From Delftia acidovorans NBRC 14950 (GTDB lineage: Bacteria > Pseudomonadota > Gammaproteobacteria > Burkholderiales > Burkholderiaceae_C): a DNA stretch of 32,000 nucleotides. Both the position numbers and the translations under genes were made by a program. Every line of letters begins with the position of its first letter. Positions within the stretch are counted from its first letter, which is position 1. Shown piece by piece: positions 27,319 to 32,000 of this stretch. A model generated the notes under the pieces. The model ran no database searches, had not been told where the DNA came from, and saw nothing but the letters and a program-made list of their open reading frames with translations. The stretch is taken from the NCBI RefSeq assembly GCF_001598795.1, contig NZ_BCZP01000003.1, positions 30,001 through 62,000 on the forward strand, given 5' to 3'.

Positions 27319-27354
27319 TTTCCCTCTTGAAATGCGTTCAACGCCGCTCAACTA
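27319..27354 (+). promoter_or_regulatory. Candidate sigma32 (RpoH) heat-shock promoter of hsp20
   Basis: TTTCCCTCTTGAAA (27319-27332) matches the extended sigma32 -35 element (TCTCNCCCTTGAA). A 14-nt spacer follows, then GCTCAACTA (27346-27354), a moderate match to CCCCATNTA. It sits 58 nt upstream of the hsp20 ATG, whose Shine-Dalgarno sequence is AGGAG. Confidence 0.35.
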
Positions 27355-27411
27355 CGCTCCATGCGGCGACAACTTCGATGAAGCCGCGCAGTTTATAGGA
27401 GCCACTTCACC

Positions 27412-27792
27412 ATGATTTTCTCGCCTGTTCTCCGCCGCAACGCCTTCAACCCCCAAGCCGCCGATCTGGCCCTGCAACGCTTCCTGCAAGGCACCCTGGG
27501 CAACGCCGCCCACTCTCCCTCGTCGGTGCAGGTGCAGCGCGATGAAAAGGCCACGACGCTGCAGCTGGATGTGCCCGGCCTGTCCCGCGAGCAGCTGCAG
27601 CTGAGCATCGAAGGCGCCGTGGTCCGTCTGTCCAGCGTCGAGGGTGCGCCCCGCCAGGTGCAGCGCGCCTGGGAGCTGGACCATGAGATCGACACTGCCG
27701 CCAGCAGCGCAAAGCTGGAAAACGGCGTGCTCACGCTGTCCCTGGCCCGCCTGGAGCCGCAGAGCAAGGCCACCACGCTGAGCATCCAGTAA
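27412..27792 (+). CDS. Hsp20/alpha-crystallin family small heat-shock protein
   Basis: Track ORF, 126 aa. Alpha-crystallin domain: TLQLDVPGLSREQLQLSIEGAVVRL...AKLENGVLTLSLARLEP. AGGAG lies 9 nt upstream. Confidence 0.9.
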   Translation: MIFSPVLRRNAFNPQAADLALQRFLQGTLGNAAHSPSSVQVQRDEKATTLQLDVPGLSREQLQLSIEGAVVRLSSVEGAPRQVQRAWELDHEIDTAASSAKLENGVLTLSLARLEPQSKATTLSIQ

Positions 27793-27816
27793 ATCCGGTC
27801 AGCGAGTTTGTGCACC

Positions 27817-27901
27817 CGGGCTGTCAACCAATCCTTTCTTCCCTCCTCTTAGCAAGGTGACAGCCCGTTTTCAAAGCCCGGCACATGCCGGGCTTTTTTT
27901 G
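27817..27901 (+). ncRNA. Candidate 3'-UTR-derived or independent sRNA: hairpin with polypyrimidine (anti-SD-like) loop plus intrinsic terminator
   Basis: CGGGCTGTCA (27817-27826) pairs with TGACAGCCCG (27858-27867). The 31-nt loop carries a 19-nt all-pyrimidine run TCCTTTCTTCCCTCCTCTT (27832-27850). After GTTTTCAA comes the terminator hairpin at 27875-27894 plus a T-run. Inferred from structure alone. Confidence 0.3.
27875..27901 (+). terminator. Rho-independent terminator after hsp20 (also usable by convergent tsaD)
   Basis: AGCCCGGC-ACAT-GCCGGGCT followed by TTTTTTT. Confidence 0.82.
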
Positions 27902-27974
27902 TGCTGCACAGGCTGCGCCTCAAGGTGGCCCGCCGCACGGCGCGGCGATGGGGAAGACAGAGGCGGCCGAAGAA

Positions 27975-29015
27975 TCAGGCCAGCGAATCGAGCGGCCAGC
28001 GCGGCTTGACGTCGAAGGCGTAGTGCCTGTTGGCCACTTCCCGGCCCGCCTGCAGGCGCATGGCGGCGGCCATGGCGATCATGGCGCCGTTGTCGGTGCA
28101 CAGGTGCAGCTCGGGGTAGTGCACGCGCAGCTTGCGCTTGGCGCAGGCCGCATCCAGCTGGGAGCGCAGCAGCCGGTTGGCACCCACGCCGCCGGCCACG
28201 ACCACGCGCTTCATGCCGGTCTGCTCCAGCGCGGCCAGGGTCTTCTTGACCAGCACCTCGACGATGGCGGCCTGCGTGCTGGCGGCCAGGTCGGCCTTGC
28301 GCGCCTCCAGGTCATCGCCCAGCTTCTTCGCCTGGGTCAGCACGGCCGTCTTCAGGCCGGCGAAGGAGAAGTCCAGGTCGCCCGAATGCAGCAGCGGCCG
28401 GGGCAGCTTGAAGGCCTGGGCATCGCCGCCTTCGGCCAGGCGCGAGAGCACGGGGCCACCCGGATAGGGCAGGCCCATGAGCTTGGCCGATTTGTCGAAG
28501 GCCTCGCCGGCAGCGTCATCGATGGTCTCGCCCAGGATGGCGTAGCTGCCCACGCCGTCCACGCGCATCAGCTGCGTGTGGCCGCCCGAGACCAGCAGGG
28601 CCACGAAGGGGAATTCGGGGGGATCGGCGCTCAGGAAGGGCGACAGCAGATGGCCTTCCAGGTGGTGCACGCCCAGCACGGGCTTGTTCAATGCCGCAGC
28701 CATGGCGCAGGCCACGCCCGCACCCACCAGCAGCGCGCCGGCCAGGCCGGGGCCGCGCGTGAAGGCGATCACATCGACCTGGTCCAGCGTGCGGCCGGAC
28801 TCGCCCAGCACGTTTTCGGTCAGCGGCAGCACGCGGCGGATGTGGTCTCGGCTGGCCAGCTCGGGCACCACGCCGCCGTAGGCGCGGTGCATGTCGATCT
28901 GGCTGTGCAGCGCATGGGACAGCAGCGTGGGCACGCCCGTGCCATCGGGGGCCTCGACCAGGGCCACGCCGGTTTCATCGCAGGAGGATTCGATCCCCAG
29001 AATCAGCAAACTCAT
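27975..29015 (-). CDS. tsaD: tRNA N6-adenosine threonylcarbamoyltransferase TsaD (Kae1/Gcp)
   Basis: Track ORF, 346 aa. [37 protein letters not shown] and VVAGGVGAN are canonical TsaD motifs. Confidence 0.95.
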   Translation of the reverse strand: MSLLILGIESSCDETGVALVEAPDGTGVPTLLSHALHSQIDMHRAYGGVVPELASRDHIRRVLPLTENVLGESGRTLDQVDVIAFTRGPGLAGALLVGAGVACAMAAALNKPVLGVHHLEGHLLSPFLSADPPEFPFVALLVSGGHTQLMRVDGVGSYAILGETIDDAAGEAFDKSAKLMGLPYPGGPVLSRLAEGGDAQAFKLPRPLLHSGDLDFSFAGLKTAVLTQAKKLGDDLEARKADLAASTQAAIVEVLVKKTLAALEQTGMKRVVVAGGVGANRLLRSQLDAACAKRKLRVHYPELHLCTDNGAMIAMAAAMRLQAGREVANRHYAFDVKPRWPLDSLA

Positions 29016-29105
29016 GGGGCTGAAGTGTAGAACCTGCGGGCGCGGCGCACGGCCACCGGCATCAATGGCCCCTGGCAGGCGGGCAGTTGCACGGCCGGCG
29101 CTCCG

Positions 29106-30803
29106 CTACAGGTTGTCTATGTAGGAAGAGCGCGAGAACCGCACGGGCTCGAAGCCGTCGGAGGTCCAGATTTCGCTGGCGATCAGTGCCTGGGCATCCA
29201 TGGGGCGGGCAAAGTAAAAGCCCTGCAGCTCGTCGCAGCCCAGCGCCTGCAGCACTTCGCGCTGCTGCTGGTTGGTCACGCCTTCGGCCACCACGCGCAG
29301 CTCCAGCGCATGGGCCAGGCGCACGATGGCGTCGACCACCGCCCGCGCATCGCTCTTGAGGGCCACGTCGCGCACAAAGCTGCGGTCGATCTTCACCTCG
29401 TCGGCGCACAGCTGGCGCAGCAGGGCCAGGCTGGAGTAGCCGGTGCCGAAGTCGTCGATGGAGATCTGCACGCCCATGCCCGTGAGTTCGGCAATCACGG
29501 CCATCGTGGTCTTGTCGTCCTCCATGGCCACGGACTCGGTGATCTCGAAGACCAGTTGCTCGGGCCGGATGCTGTGCCTTGCGATCGCCTCGGCGATGAA
29601 CTGCGCCAGCCGCGTCTGAAAGAGCTGGTAGCCCGAGATATTGATGGACACCCGCATGAAGCGCCGCTCGCGCGCCCATTGCGCGGTCTGGCGGCAGGCC
29701 TCGTCGATGACCCAGTCGCCGATCTCGCTGATCAGGCCGAAGCGCTCGGCCAGCGGGATGAACACGCGGGGACTGATCAGGCCGAACTGCGGGTGGTTCC
29801 AGCGCGCCAGCGCCTCCACGCTGCGGATGCGGCCCGTGCGGGTATCGATCTTGGGCTGATAGAACAGCACCAGCTGCTCGCTGGCCACGGCGCGGCGCAG
29901 GGCCTGCTGCAGGTCGAACTGCGCGACCACGCCCTGGCGCATGCTTTCCTTGAAGATGGCGTAGGTGTTCCCGCCGGCACGCTTGGCCGTGTACATGGCG
30001 GCATCGGCCGCCGCCATGAGCTTTTCCTTCTTGCCATGGTCGGGATAGATGGCCACGCCGATGGAGCTGCTGATGGAGACCGCTTTTCCTGGCAGGTCGA
30101 ACGGCTGGCTCAAGGCCTTCTGCACCCGTCCGGCCATGGCCACGGCATCGTCCACCGAAGCCAGGCAGCCCAGCAGCAGCACGAACTCGTCGCCACCCAC
30201 GCGCGCCAGCGTGTCCGATTTGCGCGTCATATGGCCCAGGCGCACGGCCACCTGGCACAGCAGCGCATCGCCTGCGGCATGGCCTTCCACATCGTTGATG
30301 GGCTTGAATCCATCCAGGTCGATGTACAGCAGGCCCACGCGCACCGGCCCGCAGGGCCCCGGCTGCTCCACCGAGCTGTCGGCGCGCGCAATCGTGCGGC
30401 CCAGCCGGTATTCGAACAGCGCCCGGTTGGCCGTACCGGTCAACGGGTCCCTGAAGGCGATGCGCTTGAGCTTCACATTGGCGCGCAGCAATTTCTCATT
30501 GCTCTGCTTGAGCGACTGCGTCAGGCGCTGCGCCTTGCAGCGCATGCGGATGTAGAGCACCGAGCACACCAGCAGGAACGCCACGAACACACCAGCACCC
30601 CACGGGCCGAGGGCATGCCATCCAGCGAACCAGACGCCCTCATCGGCAAATTGCGCCGACGCGACGCCGTCCTGGGCAGCCGCAAGCACCTGACCCTGCG
30701 CCATGCAGGGCAGCAGCGAAGCCAGCCAGCACGCAAATGTCGGGCCGCGCCAGCGCGCAGGTATCCACCGGGACACCCCCTCGGTCATGAACAGCCAATG
30801 CAT
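29106..30803 (-). CDS. Membrane-anchored bifunctional GGDEF (diguanylate cyclase) / EAL (c-di-GMP phosphodiesterase) protein
   Basis: Inside track ORF 29106..30962. Start uncertain (ATG 30803 or 30788; no clear Shine-Dalgarno sequence). Two hydrophobic segments flank a loop of about 30 aa. The GGDEF domain has an RKSD I-site 5 residues before GGDEF and YIDLDGFKPINDVEGHAAGD. The EAL domain has EALARW, SINIS, EITE, DDFGTGYSS, EVKIDRSF, AEGV and QGFYFARP, so both domains look catalytically competent. Confidence 0.85.
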   Translation of the reverse strand: MHWLFMTEGVSRWIPARWRGPTFACWLASLLPCMAQGQVLAAAQDGVASAQFADEGVWFAGWHALGPWGAGVFVAFLLVCSVLYIRMRCKAQRLTQSLKQSNEKLLRANVKLKRIAFRDPLTGTANRALFEYRLGRTIARADSSVEQPGPCGPVRVGLLYIDLDGFKPINDVEGHAAGDALLCQVAVRLGHMTRKSDTLARVGGDEFVLLLGCLASVDDAVAMAGRVQKALSQPFDLPGKAVSISSSIGVAIYPDHGKKEKLMAAADAAMYTAKRAGGNTYAIFKESMRQGVVAQFDLQQALRRAVASEQLVLFYQPKIDTRTGRIRSVEALARWNHPQFGLISPRVFIPLAERFGLISEIGDWVIDEACRQTAQWARERRFMRVSINISGYQLFQTRLAQFIAEAIARHSIRPEQLVFEITESVAMEDDKTTMAVIAELTGMGVQISIDDFGTGYSSLALLRQLCADEVKIDRSFVRDVALKSDARAVVDAIVRLAHALELRVVAEGVTNQQQREVLQALGCDELQGFYFARPMDAQALIASEIWTSDGFEPVRFSRSSYIDNL

Positions 30804-31133
30804 GGGGAAAAACCGATCTTCTCGTGATATTTCAAACTCATGCCGATTCAGCCTCACTGCCGCATTGCGCAGCCCAATGCCGTGGTCTGCGCTGCCATGT
30901 GCGCCGGATGAACGGGGCTTTTCTTGAAATACCGCCCCATTCGCTTTGCAAACATTCGACACGCTTACACGTCAGTTTGTGTATCGAAAATTTCAAATCA
31001 TTAAAAAAATTCTATCAAATCATCGATCCCGTGCCCATGCAAGCACCGCGCGACGCCCCGGCATGGGAATTGCATCCAGGTCCCTTGCACCAAGGCAAAC
31101 TGCATCAAGGCAGGCAGACAGGACCAAGCCCCC

Positions 31134-32000
31134 ATGAAAACCGCTCTCAACTTTCTTGTGGCCGCGCGGCAGTGCGAAATCGGCGAGCTGGAGCAACTGC
31201 AGCGCACCAGCGCCCTGGTGGATCTGCTCAGCCGCCTCATCCATGCGCTGCAAAAGGAGCGCGGCCTGTCCAACGTGTTTCTGGCCAGCGCAGGCGCGCG
31301 CGGCGGCCCGGCCAGGCTGGCGCAGATGGCCGAGTGCGACCGCATGGCCGCTGCGGCGCGCGACGGCTTCGAGCTGGTGGACATGCAGCCCGGTGGTGCG
31401 GGACTCACCGGCCACCCCGGTCATGGCGCGCGGCTGTTCAGCCGAATCGCCCATGTGCTGCAGTGCCTGGACGCCCTGCCCGCGCTGCGCGAGCGCGTCG
31501 CCAGCCGCGCGCTGTCGCCGGAGGCGGCCACGGCCCTCTATATCGATCTGGTGGCCGGCCTGCTGGCCGTGGTCTTCGAGGCGGCGGACAGCGCACCCGA
31601 GCCCGGCATCTCGCGCCTGCTGGTGGCCTTGTTCAATTTCATGCAGGGAAAGGAATTCGCGGGCCAGGAGCGCGCCACGGGCGTGGCGGCGTTCGGTGCG
31701 GGCGTGAGCGATGCGCCGCGCCAGCAGCACTGGCTGCACCTGATCGCCTCGCAGGAGCGCTGCTTTCAGGTCTTTGCGGAGTTCGCGCCGCCCCATTCCC
31801 TGGCCCTGTGGAAAGAAAGCAGCGTGGCCGACGCCACGCTGGCCGTGATCGAGCGGCTGCGCCGCGTGGGCTGCACGGCCACGGCGGGCGCGCCTTTGTC
31901 CGTGGAGATGGCCGAGCCCTGGTTCGACAGCTGCTCGCAGCGCATGGACGCGCTGCAGACCGTCGAGGCCCGCCTGACGGCCGAGCTGCAGCAGCAATGC
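31134..32000 (+). CDS. NIT (nitrate/nitrite-sensing) domain-containing signalling protein, N-terminal part (3' end outside the window)
   Basis: My translation from ATG 31134, open to the window end: MKTALNFLVAARQCEIGELEQLQRTSALVDLLSRLIHALQKERGLSNVFLASAG...FMQGKEFAGQERATGVAAFGAG.... The LQ.ERG.S..FL.S and K...G.ERA.G motifs are the two NIT-domain signatures. Not in the ORF track because there is no stop codon in the window. Confidence 0.78.
   Translation, partial: MKTALNFLVAARQCEIGELEQLQRTSALVDLLSRLIHALQKERGLSNVFLASAGARGGPARLAQMAECDRMAAAARDGFELVDMQPGGAGLTGHPGHGARLFSRIAHVLQCLDALPALRERVASRALSPEAATALYIDLVAGLLAVVFEAADSAPEPGISRLLVALFNFMQGKEFAGQERATGVAAFGAGVSDAPRQQHWLHLIASQERCFQVFAEFAPPHSLALWKESSVADATLAVIERLRRVGCTATAGAPLSVEMAEPWFDSCSQRMDALQTVEARLTAELQQQC

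Noticed and set aside
27356-27402. Possible ROSE-like RNA thermometer: GCUCC (27356-27360) could pair with the hsp20 Shine-Dalgarno sequence GGAGC (27398-27402), stacked on GCGGC/GCCGC (27363-27367 / 27383-27387).
   Set aside because: The helices are only 5 bp each and are separated by a very asymmetric internal loop. The anti-SD segment lies at or upstream of the transcription start predicted from the sigma32-like promoter, so it may not be in the mRNA. No U(U/C)GCU ROSE signature is present.
27393-27827. 144-aa antisense ORF (TTG start) covering all of hsp20, preceded on the minus strand by the polypurine tract AAGAGGAGGGAAGAAAGGA, which looks like a very strong Shine-Dalgarno sequence.
   Set aside because: The translation is Ser/Cys/Arg-rich with no domain features and is fully antisense to a well-supported Hsp20 gene. 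The polypurine tract lies beyond the tsaD terminator with no promoter evident. I interpret the tract on the plus strand as a pyrimidine loop instead. Ribo-seq could reopen this.
30946-31137. 63-codon upstream ORF (TTG start) whose TGA overlaps the ATG of the NIT-domain gene (ATGA), suggesting a coupled leader peptide.
   Set aside because: Its first half uses AT-rich codons (AAA, ATT, TTT, CAA) that are completely atypical for this GC3-rich genome. The product is a basic, featureless peptide, and the start is non-ATG without a Shine-Dalgarno sequence. It is most likely a chance ORF across an AT-rich promoter region.

Overview
GC-rich segment (about two-thirds G+C by eye, strongly GC3-biased codons) that reads like core chromosome of a betaproteobacterium; Comamonadaceae-like is only an inference from the proteins. 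I can support 29 protein-coding genes (27 complete, 2 partial at the window edges).

Gene order, left to right:
- LysR-type regulator C-terminal fragment (+)
- PA0069-type radical SAM gene (-), divergent from a GNAT acetyltransferase (+) across a canonical LexA/SOS box
- rnk (+)
- Acyltransferase-3 membrane protein (-), divergent from a GbsR/MarR-type regulator (+)
- One minus-strand cytochrome bd cluster, cydD-cydC-cydA-cydB, plus a 41-codon cydX that is missing from the ORF track
- Nitronate monooxygenase-like flavoenzyme and a large acyl-CoA dehydrogenase (-)
- An orphan LivK-type substrate-binding protein (-)
- etfB-etfA (-)
- MscS-family channel, enoyl-CoA hydratase and an HDAC-family deacetylase (-)
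- A plus-strand, start/stop-overlapping moxR-DUF58-tgpA-mltB module
- A second orphan LivK-type binding protein (-)
- hsp20 (+), tsaD (-), a membrane-anchored GGDEF-EAL protein (-)
- The 5' part of a NIT (nitrate/nitrite-sensing) domain protein (+)

I found no rRNA, tRNA, CRISPR array, transposase, integrase, phage gene or recognisable defence gene. I cannot honestly point to a new multi-gene system here; the window looks like ordinary housekeeping chromosome.

The leads most worth a second look are small and non-coding:
1. A hairpin with a 19-nt all-pyrimidine, anti-Shine-Dalgarno-like loop plus an intrinsic terminator just downstream of hsp20 (candidate sRNA).
2. A perfect AT-rich 11-4-11 palindrome directly in front of the cydD start codon.
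3. The SOS box in front of the radical SAM gene, whose function is unknown.
4. Tight translational coupling of the MoxR/DUF58/TgpA module to a lytic transglycosylase.

Start codons were chosen from in-frame Met/Val positions, ribosome-binding sites and family N-termini. Starts are less certain than stops. All family assignments come from recognising the translated sequences by eye, not from searches.
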